Origin: an uncultured Saprospiraceae bacterium
GTDB lineage: Bacteria; Actinomycetota; Acidimicrobiia; Spongiisociales; UBA5794
NCBI GenBank assembly: GCA_964195515.1
Contig: CAXMQO010000027.1
Location: 1 to 54,326, forward strand
Direction: 5' to 3'
DNA length: 54,326 bases
Of this stretch, positions 26,228 through 35,357 are shown piece by piece. The translations under genes were made by a program, and so were the position numbers. Within the stretch, counting starts at the first letter, position 1, and the number at the start of each line of letters is the position of its first letter. Under the pieces are notes generated by a model. It worked only from the letters and a program-made list of their open reading frames with translations. It had not been told where the DNA came from and ran no database searches.

Positions 26228-27888
26228 GGGAGTAACTCCTCCAGGTCGACGGTTTGTGCGAGGACTCGTGCGGCACGCGACAATGCCCGGGCAGCCCGCT
26301 GTGGATCGCCGCCCGGCGGCACGACACCGATCGGTACCACGCATGCGGATCTGGCCGCAGCAACGTCGTCGGTTGTGTCGCCGACGAACCACGAGCGATC
26401 GATGCCCAGTCGCTCCATCGCCAACAGCACCGGTCCGGGATCGGGCTTGAGCGGAGCATCCTCTCTGGTCACGAGCACCGACGTGTTCGTCAGAAGCCCG
26501 AACCGATCGAGCGCCTCCTCGGCATCCACTCGGGGCCGACCGGTCACGACTCCGAGTGGGAAACTGTCTGCCCAGCGTTCCCAGGTCGACGAATCGACGA
26601 GAGGCCGATCATTGAGCTTGAGCCCGGGTCTGTCCCCGAATCCCTGATAGATCTCCTCGAATCGAGCGGCCACGTCGCCGTATTCGAGATCAATTCCACG
26701 TTCTGCGATGAGCCGACGGGTGAGTTCCCAGTCGTCGTTGGCCCCGCCCGCCGATTTCGCGTCCTCGATGTCGCGCTCGGTCACGGTGGCGCCGAAGGAG
26801 GAGGCGGTCTCGACGATCGACCGCCGATACGACCCGTTCACGTCGACGAGGACCCCGTCGAGGTCGAAGAGAATTGCCTGTGGAGAGAGTGCGATCGTCA
26901 GTGCCCGTTCGAGACGAGTGAAGTCCCCAGCATCGCCAGGCAAGGTGATCCTGATCCATCGTTCGAAGCCCTCCCGAACCGGGAAACGACGCAACCCGAC
27001 GCCGAGGGATCCGCACATATCGGCCACCCGCTCCGGATCTGCAACTTCTGCAAGGATGAAGTTCCCCTGAGACGACAGGCACCGGACCCCGATGTCACCG
27101 AGGAGATCCGCGAGGTCGGCCCGCTCGGATCGGACGCTCTCCACGAACAAGCGGATGTCGTCGGGTCGGCTGAGCCGCTCCACTGCGATTGCAGCGGAGA
27201 GCGAAGAGACCGAGTACGGGCTGCCGTACGAGGAGATCTCATCGATCAGGTGGGGCGGACCGAGCAGGTATCCGACCCGGAGCCCTGCGAGGCCGTACGC
27301 CTTCGAAAACGTGCGGACGATGACCACGTTCGCCAATTCCAGGGCGGCGGCTGTTAGGTCGTCGTCTGCGAATTCAGCGTATGCAGCGTCGAGAACGACG
27401 AAACCGACCGCAGTCGACAATTCCCGCAGTTGGACCCCCGTGACCGCTGCACCGGTCGGGTTGTTTGGTGACACCACGAAGACCACATCTGCACCACCCC
27501 CGGCAGCGATGACCTCTGCTGTGGGGAATTGCCCGTCCCACCACTCGATCTCGACCAGTTGGGAGCCGACCTGACCCGAATAGATCGGGATCATCTCGAA
27601 GGTGGGCTTCGTGGCGACGGCGATCCGTCCCGGGCCGAGGCGAGCAAGGAAGCAACGGAAGAGAGCGTCATCACCTCCCGCCGTGACCAGTACCTGTTCG
27701 ACCGAAACGCCGTGCACCTGGGCAATCCGGTCTCGGAGTGCAGTGGTGTCCGGATAGCGGCGTATCAGGTCGTTCGGTCGAACGACCGATTCGAGAAGGC
27801 CGTGGGCTACCGGTCTTCCTTCGTTCTTCGACAGGTCGAGGTCGATGTCCGGCGCAAGGTCTGGTGTTGAGTACATCGGTGCGTTCAT
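26224..27888 (-). CDS. hisC: Histidinol-phosphate aminotransferase fused to a HAD-family hydrolase
   Basis: DLSKNE, SPNNPTG, DAAY and RTFSKAYGLAGLRVGY, then HAD motifs FDLDGVLVD, TGR, KPDP and GDTTDD. Confidence 0.9.
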   Translation of the reverse strand: MNAPMYSTPDLAPDIDLDLSKNEGRPVAHGLLESVVRPNDLIRRYPDTTALRDRIAQVHGVSVEQVLVTAGGDDALFRCFLARLGPGRIAVATKPTFEMIPIYSGQVGSQLVEIEWWDGQFPTAEVIAAGGGADVVFVVSPNNPTGAAVTGVQLRELSTAVGFVVLDAAYAEFADDDLTAAALELANVVIVRTFSKAYGLAGLRVGYLLGPPHLIDEISSYGSPYSVSSLSAAIAVERLSRPDDIRLFVESVRSERADLADLLGDIGVRCLSSQGNFILAEVADPERVADMCGSLGVGLRRFPVREGFERWIRITLPGDAGDFTRLERALTIALSPQAILFDLDGVLVDVNGSYRRSIVETASSFGATVTERDIEDAKSAGGANDDWELTRRLIAERGIDLEYGDVAARFEEIYQGFGDRPGLKLNDRPLVDSSTWERWADSFPLGVVTGRPRVDAEEALDRFGLLTNTSVLVTREDAPLKPDPGPVLLAMERLGIDRSWFVGDTTDDVAAARSACVVPIGVVPPGGDPQRAARALSRAARVLAQTVDLEELLP

Positions 27889-28760
27889 GGGACGATCTGC
27901 TCGAGTCGGGTGACGGTGATGTCCGTGGCGCCTCGCTCCTTGAGGGCTGGGATCAAGTGGGGGAGGTCACTTCGGGGCACGGCGGCCTTGACGGCGAGTC
28001 CCGCACCACCATGGAGATAGGCGATGGTCGGCTCGCGCATGCACGGCAGAATCTCGATTACCGATTCGAGTTCGTCGGGGGTCACGTTCAACTCCACCAT
28101 CGCCCGACGCCGGGCCTCGATGACCGACCGCAGGCTCAGAACGAGCGCCTCGATGGCGATCTTCTTGTCCGGCGAGTCCATGGCGAGTCGACTGGCATAG
28201 AGGCGGGTTGAGGATTCGAGCAGCACCTCGACGATGACCAAACCGTTCGCGGTCAGTGTCTCACCGGTCGCGGTGATGTCCACGATGACGTCGGCGTCCT
28301 CGGGCGGGAAGACCTCGGTTGCCCCGTAGGATCGGACGAACGTCGCGTCCAGGGCCCTGTCCCGGATCCATCGTTGCGTGAGCAGCGGATACTCGCTTGC
28401 CACCACCAGGTGCCCCTGGGGCAGCGCACCGTTGTTCAGCAGGTGTTCTGGGGCTGCGACGACCATCCGTACCGGGTCGAGTTCTGTGTCGAGGAGTTCG
28501 ACGAGATCGGCGCTCGTTTCCTCGACCCAGTCCGCGCCGGTGAAGCCGACATCGCGCGATCCCGCTGCAAGCATCGCGACGATGGTTTGCGGCTTGAGGA
28601 GTTTGACTTCGTAGCCGGGCACCGAAGGCACGGGCCGGTATCCGCGGGGTCCCGAGCGCAGTTCGATCCCCGCAGCACTGAGCAGGTCAATGGTGCGTTC
28701 CTGGATCCGCCCCTTGGGGATGGCGAGGTGGATGAGTGATGAGTTGCTGAAGGGAGGCAT
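27885..28760 (-). CDS. hisG: ATP phosphoribosyltransferase (long form)
   Basis: LAIPKGR, GFTGADW, YGATE, DITATGETL, plus the C-terminal regulatory domain (LPCMREPTI). Confidence 0.95.
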   Translation of the reverse strand: MPPFSNSSLIHLAIPKGRIQERTIDLLSAAGIELRSGPRGYRPVPSVPGYEVKLLKPQTIVAMLAAGSRDVGFTGADWVEETSADLVELLDTELDPVRMVVAAPEHLLNNGALPQGHLVVASEYPLLTQRWIRDRALDATFVRSYGATEVFPPEDADVIVDITATGETLTANGLVIVEVLLESSTRLYASRLAMDSPDKKIAIEALVLSLRSVIEARRRAMVELNVTPDELESVIEILPCMREPTIAYLHGGAGLAVKAAVPRSDLPHLIPALKERGATDITVTRLEQIVP

Positions 28761-28804
28761 ATGGGTTCTCTCCCGCCGTCGTCACGGTCGGGTTGCCCAT
28801 ACAT

Positions 28805-28832
28805 GAGAAACGCCGACCACTTGGGTCGGCGT
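28805..28832 (-). terminator. Attenuator terminator hairpin upstream of hisG
   Basis: Minus strand ACGCCGACC-CAAGT-GGTCGGCGT followed by TTCTC. Confidence 0.75.
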
Positions 28833-28866
28833 AGGTGGTGTGCTCTTGTCTCTTGTTAGGCGCCCA

Positions 28867-28926
28867 CTATCGACCGACCCGGGATGGGTGGTGATGATGA
28901 TGCGCGTGTGCGAAGAGCCGGTTCAT
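28867..28926 (-). CDS. hisL: his operon leader peptide MNRLFAHAHHHHHPSRVGR
   Basis: 19-aa ORF with 6 His codons (5 consecutive) about 100 nt upstream of hisG, followed by a terminator hairpin. Confidence 0.88.
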   Translation of the reverse strand: MNRLFAHAHHHHHPSRVGR

Positions 28927-28934
28927 GAAGGGAG

Positions 28935-28963
28935 ACCGTAGCCCACTCGTGGCGCGACGCCAA
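28935..28963 (-). promoter_or_regulatory. Probable his operon promoter
   Basis: TTGGCG-17 nt-TACGGT, ending 8 nt before the leader ATG, with no RBS. Confidence 0.55.
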
Positions 28964-29018
28964 ATGTTCCGGCTCCACGGAACCAGCGGCACGCCACTTC
29001 GTCGCCCCGCCGATCGAG

Positions 29019-29240
29019 TTACGCGGCGGTCGGGTGGATCGACGTGAGGTCGTTGAGTGCGATCGACTCGGTCCCCCTCCGGTGACGGAGGAGGATCGCC
29101 CGGTCGCCGTATGGGGTCTCCATACCGAGGTACTCGCCGGCTGTGGTGCGGTTCCGGGTCGTGGCCCGGTAGGTCGTTCCGAGCCGGAGGTGATTGAGGT
29201 TCCATGGTGCGCTTGCGCGCGAGGTGTGTCGTGCCTTCAT
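29019..29240 (-). CDS. Small hypothetical protein (73 aa)
   Basis: Strong RBS AAAGGAG before the ATG at 29240; beta-rich basic sequence. Confidence 0.65.
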   Translation of the reverse strand: MKARHTSRASAPWNLNHLRLGTTYRATTRNRTTAGEYLGMETPYGDRAILLRHRRGTESIALNDLTSIHPTAA

Positions 29241-29352
29241 TGGCACTCCTTTCAGACGGGCCGGTCGGCCCGAGGTTGCTGAGGTGAGGTCGTTGTTCTA
29301 TGGGCCGGGGGCGCCGCCGGCGGGGACGCAAACCCTGGGTATGGGCTGGGGG

Positions 29353-30867
29353 TCAGTCGCGGTGGTTTCGTTGCGACGCGACGCGGACCGTCAGATCACG
29401 ACCCTTGAGTTTCGTTCCATGCAGCTTCTCGACGGCGGTCCGGGCTGCTGGACGAGGCATATCGACGAAACCGAACCCCTTGGATCGTCCGGTTCTCCGG
29501 TCCGTGATGATGGTGGCCTGGTGGACGTCGCCGAAGCGCTCAAACAAGGCCTCGACATCTTCGACGGTGGTTCCCCACGACAGGTTCGCTATGTAGAGGC
29601 TCTCTGCGCTCTTGGTCCCATGTTGCGGCTTCCTCTGGGAGGGAACACCCGGCCTCGTGGACGGGGTCCTCTGCTCCTGTGGTGTTTGCCGTCCCGTGCG
29701 CTCTTGTCGCTTGGGCGTGGGGTTGCCGATCCGATGTCCGCCGTGTTCGATGGCGTCGAGTCGCGGTTCTTCGATCGGTGCTTGCAGGTCGAGATCCTTC
29801 TGCATACGCAGGACAGCCCGCTTCTGATCACCGGTCACAAGGCTGACAACCGTGCCGGTGGCGCCGGCTCGTGCCGTGCGTCCAGAGCGGTGGAGATAGT
29901 CCTTGTGGTCGGCGGGGGGATCGAAGTGGATCACCGAGCCGACCGCATCGATGTGGATGCCTCGTGCGGCGACATCGGTTGCGATCAGCGCCTGGGCGCG
30001 ACCCTTCGAGAACGACTGGAGAGCTCTGTTCCGCTGATTCTGGGAACGACCGCCATGCATGGCAACGGCGCCAACCCCCAGATTGGTGAGTTGCTTGGCG
30101 AGACGATCGGCTCCGTGACGGGTACGCGTGAACACGATGGAGCGACCCGATACGCCGACTAGATCTGCGGTGTGCTGGACACGGTCGTGGTGTTGGACCA
30201 GCCAGAAGTGGTGGCGAGCGTCGATAGTTTCAGAGTCGACCGTTCCGGCGTCGTGGCGGACGGGGTCCTTCTGATAGTTGCGGCTCAGAACCGCGATGTC
30301 CCCGTCGAGCGTCGCCGAGAACAAGAGCGTCTGGCGGTCGGACGCTGTGCGGTCGAGGATGCGCCGTACGGCGGGCATGAATCCCATGTCGGCCATACGG
30401 TCAGCTTCGTCGACCACGACGATGTTGGCGTCGCTCAGGTTGACGGATCCTTGCTCCATGAGGTCTTCAAGCCGTCCGGGGGTGGCTACGAGTACGTCAA
30501 CACCCTTGTGAAGGGCGCCTTTCTGACCGCCGTATCCCACCCCGCCATACACGGCGAGCACGTGTTTGCCGGTTGCCTTGGCGAGCGGTGCGAGCTCCTC
30601 TTTGATCTGCTCGGCAAGTTCCCTCGTGGGGGCAAGAATCAGAGAACTGGGACGATTCCTGCCTGCATTGCCGACTCTGGCGAGCAGGGGGAGCCCAAAG
30701 GCGAGTGTCTTGCCGGATCCAGTCGGGGCCTTGCCCGACACGTCTTTGCCGGCGAGGGCGTCGGGGATCGTGGCTTCCTGGATGGGGAACGGCTCGACGA
30801 TGTCGCGCTGGGCGAGTGAACGGACGAGCGATTCTGGTAGCCCGAGTTGGGCGAACGTAGTGGTCAT
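29353..30867 (-). CDS. DEAD-box RNA helicase with C-terminal RRM
   Basis: Q motif, PTGSGKT, PTRELA, TPGRL, DEAD, SAT and HRSGRTAR. RRM with RNP2 LYIANL and RNP1 KGFGFVDM. Confidence 0.95.
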   Translation of the reverse strand: MTTTFAQLGLPESLVRSLAQRDIVEPFPIQEATIPDALAGKDVSGKAPTGSGKTLAFGLPLLARVGNAGRNRPSSLILAPTRELAEQIKEELAPLAKATGKHVLAVYGGVGYGGQKGALHKGVDVLVATPGRLEDLMEQGSVNLSDANIVVVDEADRMADMGFMPAVRRILDRTASDRQTLLFSATLDGDIAVLSRNYQKDPVRHDAGTVDSETIDARHHFWLVQHHDRVQHTADLVGVSGRSIVFTRTRHGADRLAKQLTNLGVGAVAMHGGRSQNQRNRALQSFSKGRAQALIATDVAARGIHIDAVGSVIHFDPPADHKDYLHRSGRTARAGATGTVVSLVTGDQKRAVLRMQKDLDLQAPIEEPRLDAIEHGGHRIGNPTPKRQERTGRQTPQEQRTPSTRPGVPSQRKPQHGTKSAESLYIANLSWGTTVEDVEALFERFGDVHQATIITDRRTGRSKGFGFVDMPRPAARTAVEKLHGTKLKGRDLTVRVASQRNHRD

Positions 30868-31114
30868 GATGACTCCTGACCCCGGACGGGGCGGTAGTTG
30901 GATATGCCGATGTCTCGCTCGACCGCGCGATCTGTGTCGCTTGCGGGTTCAAGGTACGGCAGAAGAGGTGGTCCAACCGGGTGAGAAACTGAGCCGTGTG
31001 ATCACCGGGGAAGCGACGTTGCGCTGACCTCCACCCGGTGCGGTCGACAGAACCATAGCAAGGGTCCGGCGTAGTGGGGCGATTCTCTTCCTCTCGACCC
31101 TGCCCGGTCGATCT

Positions 31115-31141
31115 GTCGGTCCCAAAGCAATTGGGACCGAC
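31115..31141. terminator. Hairpin downstream of the AhpC/TSA-like gene
   Basis: GTCGGTCCCAA-AGCAA-TTGGGACCGAC, an 11-bp perfect stem. Confidence 0.5.
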
Positions 31142-31199
31142 GCGCGTGCTCGGAGGCCTCTCGGGGCGACACGCAAGTGAGCGCGATGGTTTGGGAGGG

Positions 31200-31748
31200 T
31201 TAGCTCCGCGGTGTCAGCGACTCGATTCGTTCGATGAGGTCATCGATGGACGGATAGTCGCCAAGCATCTCGCCCCGGTGAACCCACGCCACCGAGAAGT
31301 CGGAGTCGAAGACAACGATGCCGGGCGCCTTGGTGGCATCGGAAGTTGGAATCTGAGGCCGGAACCCGTGGACGATGGATCGGAGGTAGTTGCTCGCCCC
31401 GCCAAAACTGGACATCTGGAGCGGAGACAGGTCACCGACGCCGGCGATCGCCCGGACCTCCTGATTGGGATCGAGGAGAAGGGGCATCTCGACGCCCTTC
31501 GTGTCCCGCAACCAGCGTGCCTGGTAGTCGGGTGAGCCTCCGACCGCGATCACCCGGCTCCCGGTTGGAAACCGGTCGCGCTCGCCATCCAGATCGCGTA
31601 CGAATTCCTGGCACGGGAGGCACCCGAAGTATCGGACCAGGATCACCACCAGCGGATCGGCCCCGAATCTGCCCAACGTAGTGGCGTTGCCGTCGGGATC
31701 TGTGAGACCGATACCGGCGACTGTCTCAGAGGTCTTCGAAGGTGTCAC
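31200..31748 (-). CDS. AhpC/TSA-like thioredoxin-fold protein
   Basis: LTDPDG, VRYFGCLPCQE (CxxC), LLLDP and PGIVVFD. Confidence 0.8.
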   Translation of the reverse strand: MTPSKTSETVAGIGLTDPDGNATTLGRFGADPLVVILVRYFGCLPCQEFVRDLDGERDRFPTGSRVIAVGGSPDYQARWLRDTKGVEMPLLLDPNQEVRAIAGVGDLSPLQMSSFGGASNYLRSIVHGFRPQIPTSDATKAPGIVVFDSDFSVAWVHRGEMLGDYPSIDDLIERIESLTPRS

Positions 31749-31907
31749 GTGGGGGATTCAACAGCGAAATCGACCCAATGATTTGCCGACCACAGAATCG
31801 TGAGATACAGGCGCCACCCGCCGATGGCTACGGCGCGTCGCCGCAGCGACTTGCTCGCTCCGCCAAACGTGCACAATGTCCCAGCAGTTTCTCGAAGGGA
31901 GTCCACG

Positions 31908-33119
31908 ATGAGTCCTGACCCGACACGACAGATGGCAACGGTGGCGATTCACGCCGGCGAGATACACGACCCGTCGGGCGCCCACATCGCCCCCATCTAC
32001 CAGACTTCGACGTTCACGTTCGAAGATATCGCAGCGGTCAAGGAGTGGACCGACGGTGACCGGGAGGCCTATATCTACTCCCGTGTGGGGAACCCGAGTC
32101 GCACGGCACTGGCGAGGAAATTGGCCGCCCTCGAGGGCATCGGGATGGGCACCGAACAGGGTACGGTCACGGCCGAGATCTTTGGTTCGGGCATGGCCGC
32201 TGTCAGCGCATCGCTCATGAGCCTGGCGAAGGCAGGCGACCACATCATCACCCAGAAGGTGCTCTACGGCTCCGCCGACAACCTCATCTCCAACATTCTG
32301 ACTACCTACGGCATCACGAACTCTCGTATCGCCGGATTGGAGCCGGAGGCTCTCGAGCGCGAGTTCGCCCTGCACCCCAGTGCCAAGGTCGTCTACATCG
32401 AGACCCCGGCGAATCCAACGATGAAGCTGATCGACATTGCAATGACAGCACAGATCGCACATGCCTTCGGCGCCAGAGTGGTGGTCGACAACACCTTCGC
32501 AACACCCGTGCTGCAGCGCCCGCTCGAACACAGAGCCGATGTCGTCGTTCACAGCACCACGAAGTACATCAACGGCCACGGAACGGTCGTCGGCGGTGCC
32601 GTCGTCACTCGCGATCCGCTACTGATGGAGGAGAAGATCGGTCCTCTCGTCCGATCCTTGGGCGGAATACCCAGCCCGTTCGACTGCTGGCTCACGAACA
32701 TCGGTCTCAAGACGCTCCCGCTGCGGATGGCGCAGCACTGCGCGAACGGTATGGCAGTTGCCCGATATCTCGATAACCATCCGGCCGTCGATGTGGTCCA
32801 CTACCCGGGTCTGCCAACCGATCCGCAGCACGAGTTGGCCGTCAGACAGATGCACGAATTCGGAGGGATGATCTCGTTCGATCTCGGCAACCACGAGGCT
32901 GCCACCCGACTCTTCGCCCGCTTGGAACTGTGCACCCTGGGAGTCAGCCTCGGCAACGTCGACACGCTGATCGAGCACCCCGCGTCACTGACCCATCGCA
33001 TGATTCCACCGGAGGATCGTGCTGCGACGGGTATCACCGACGGCCTCATCCGCATCTCGGTTGGCCTCGAGGCCGCCGAAGACATCATCGCCGACCTCGA
33101 GCAGGCGTTGGCCGACTGA
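31908..33119 (+). CDS. Trans-sulfuration family PLP enzyme (methionine gamma-lyase / cystathionine gamma-synthase-like)
   Basis: PIYQTSTF, YSRVGNP, SGMAA, ETPANP, DNTFATP, HSTTKYINGH and VSLG. Confidence 0.92.
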   Translation: MSPDPTRQMATVAIHAGEIHDPSGAHIAPIYQTSTFTFEDIAAVKEWTDGDREAYIYSRVGNPSRTALARKLAALEGIGMGTEQGTVTAEIFGSGMAAVSASLMSLAKAGDHIITQKVLYGSADNLISNILTTYGITNSRIAGLEPEALEREFALHPSAKVVYIETPANPTMKLIDIAMTAQIAHAFGARVVVDNTFATPVLQRPLEHRADVVVHSTTKYINGHGTVVGGAVVTRDPLLMEEKIGPLVRSLGGIPSPFDCWLTNIGLKTLPLRMAQHCANGMAVARYLDNHPAVDVVHYPGLPTDPQHELAVRQMHEFGGMISFDLGNHEAATRLFARLELCTLGVSLGNVDTLIEHPASLTHRMIPPEDRAATGITDGLIRISVGLEAAEDIIADLEQALAD

Positions 33120-33122
33120 GGG

Positions 33123-34361
33123 CTACGGGACCTCAGCGCCCGACTTCATGGCATCGCGATCGACCAAGTATCCGTGGCTGATCACGGCCCGGGGCGCCGC
33201 GTGGAATCGCAACGCCTCCGCCACGGAACCTCCTTCGAGTACCACCAGATTCGCCTCGTTGCCGACGGCGAGGCCGTGGTGCTCGAGGCCAATGGCTGCC
33301 GCGGGATTGACGGTGATGGCGTCGTACAACAGATCCATGTCGACCTCGGACATCATCCACAACAGATGGGCACCGAGGAATGCAACCTCGAGCATGTTGT
33401 TGCGGCCGAACGCGTAGTAGGCATCCGAGATGTCATCCTGGCCGAGGCTGACGTTGATGCCGGCCGCCGTGAGTTCGCGCACCCTGGCGTGTAGTGGTCC
33501 GGTGTGAGGATCAGATACGACTGCGACCTTGGCTACTGCCAGCAGAGCCACCAGACGCTCGAAGTACGGATCCGGGTACAGCTGCATCGCTCTCGCATGG
33601 TGCGCAAGGGCCCGTCCCTCCCACCCTCGACGCAACACCTCGGTCGCCATCATCTCCAGCGTGCGAAGTCCCGGATCGCCGGCGTCGTCGAGCAGCATCG
33701 AAACCGACGCATCGTTCTCGACTGCGATGTCGAAGACGATGCGCACATGTTCGGCCATGTCCGCCTCGGTGTACTCGATCCACGGAATACCTCCGACGAC
33801 ATCCGCGCCCATCTCCATGGATACCCGGAGCAGATCCTCGGTGCCGGGCTCCCGGATGATCCCATCTTGGGCGAACGCAACGACTTGAAGGTCGACGACG
33901 CCCGCGAACTCCTCGCGCAGCGCAACGAGGACCTCGACTCCACGTGTCCCCGCCTTGGAGTCGACATCGGCGAGCGCCCGAATGTGGGTGTTGCCGTAGT
34001 ACGCCGCCATCGCCAGAGCCCGCCTTCCCGCCGCGAGCATCGCTTCGGGGTCCTGACCGTCCTTGACGGCGGCGGCCGTCTCGATGGCCGACATTGCTTT
34101 GCCCATGTCGCCGCTCTGGTATTCGGCCAAGGCTGCGTCGCCGAGGCGGTGCAGCGTGAAGACCTTGTCGAGGTGAAGGTGGGTGTTGACGAAGGATTCG
34201 GTGACGAGGTTGCCTGCCGCATCCACTTCGACGGCGTCCGACCCGCCTTCGCCGGCGGTGGTGATGGACTCGACGAGGCCGTCGCGGATCACAACATCGA
34301 CCGGTTCAGGCCGACCCCGGCGACGGGCCGATCGGATCGTCAACGAGTTCGCACCGGTCAT
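33123..34361 (-). CDS. Cytosine/creatinine deaminase-like amidohydrolase
   Basis: HLHLDK, LQVVAFAQDG, VVGGIP, GQDD and ITVNPA. Confidence 0.85.
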   Translation of the reverse strand: MTGANSLTIRSARRRGRPEPVDVVIRDGLVESITTAGEGGSDAVEVDAAGNLVTESFVNTHLHLDKVFTLHRLGDAALAEYQSGDMGKAMSAIETAAAVKDGQDPEAMLAAGRRALAMAAYYGNTHIRALADVDSKAGTRGVEVLVALREEFAGVVDLQVVAFAQDGIIREPGTEDLLRVSMEMGADVVGGIPWIEYTEADMAEHVRIVFDIAVENDASVSMLLDDAGDPGLRTLEMMATEVLRRGWEGRALAHHARAMQLYPDPYFERLVALLAVAKVAVVSDPHTGPLHARVRELTAAGINVSLGQDDISDAYYAFGRNNMLEVAFLGAHLLWMMSEVDMDLLYDAITVNPAAAIGLEHHGLAVGNEANLVVLEGGSVAEALRFHAAPRAVISHGYLVDRDAMKSGAEVP

Positions 34362-34417
34362 GCCTGCTCCACTTCAGTCGCGGGTTGCGTCGGATCATAC
34401 GCGCTGGCCCTCCTCGA

Positions 34418-34557
34418 CACGGGCCACGGGTTACGGGTTGCGGGCCACAGGCTACGGGCTACGGAGTCCCCTGACTGTTGACTGTTGCCTGGCGCCTGTC
34501 ACCCTGTTGCCTGCCGCCCCGTCGCCGGTCACCTGTCACCTGCTCTCCGCTACGGGC
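34418..34557. repeat. Degenerate 7-bp tandem repeats in two blocks
   Basis: CACGGGC CACGGGT TACGGGT TGCGGGC CACAGGC TACGGGC TACGGAG, then TGACTGT TGACTGT TGCCTGG CGCCTGT ... CACCTGT CACCTGC. Confidence 0.75.
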
Positions 34558-35357
34558 CCCCCGCCCTCTTGCCGCCGCTCCCGTTCCGCGGGGTCCTGGC
34601 GGTAGAACTCGCGAAGGACTTGGTAGAGATCCTGTTCGTGGTTCGCCATGTCGATGGGACGGTCGAAGAAGAACTCGGTGGCGACGGCGAAGAATTCGGC
34701 CGGGTTCACGGCGCCGTAGCCGTCGAGGAGCGGGTCATCGCTTGTCCCCTCCCGGAGCGCCTCGTACTGGCGGCGACACACCTGCTCCCATCGTTCTCGC
34801 TCAGCCCTCGCCATGGGGGGGTGGCCGTCTACGGTGCCGTCGGCCATATCGATCTTGTGCGCGAACTCGTGATAGATGACGTTGTGTCCGGTGTTGGCGC
34901 GGGTCGCCGACCGCTTCGCCGAATCCCACGCGATCAGCACCGGGCCGTGGAGCATGGCTTGCCCAAGAATCGGCACGATCCCATCGGTTGCGAGTCCCGC
35001 CGCCTCCGGCGCGGCCCGATTCCCTTGCGCCACGGTCTGGCTCGGGTACATGATGATCGAGGTGACATCGCGGTAGTACGCCTGCTCGAGACCGAGGATC
35101 AGCAGACATGCGGAGGCAGCGACGAGGACTTCGATCTCGTCCGACTGCTTCAAGCCATCAACCCACTCGAATCGCTTGTCGGCAAGGAACCCTTTGATGA
35201 GGCGTTCGAGGCGGGTTCGTTCCTCGCGGTCGAGCCACCGCCAGTGCGCCATGTCGTCCTGGAGGATCATGCGCCAATCGTCGGGAAACGGTACGTCGAC
35301 CGCCCGCCGTCTCCGTCGTTGTCGCGGGGTCTCGATTCGCACGGGTCCGATCCTCAA
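34536..35357 (-). CDS. Zinc peptidase M90 / MtfA family
   Basis: GHNVIYHEFAHKID..DG and YGAVNPAEFFAVATEFFF. Start uncertain (TTG overlapping the upstream stop). Confidence 0.88.
   Translation of the reverse strand: MRIGPVRIETPRQRRRRRAVDVPFPDDWRMILQDDMAHWRWLDREERTRLERLIKGFLADKRFEWVDGLKQSDEIEVLVAASACLLILGLEQAYYRDVTSIIMYPSQTVAQGNRAAPEAAGLATDGIVPILGQAMLHGPVLIAWDSAKRSATRANTGHNVIYHEFAHKIDMADGTVDGHPPMARAERERWEQVCRRQYEALREGTSDDPLLDGYGAVNPAEFFAVATEFFFDRPIDMANHEQDLYQVLREFYRQDPAERERRQEGGGPVAESR

Noticed and set aside
34418-34557. CRISPR array (also considered for 44608-44658)
   Set aside because: The units are 7 or 21 bp in tandem without unique spacers, and there are no cas genes.
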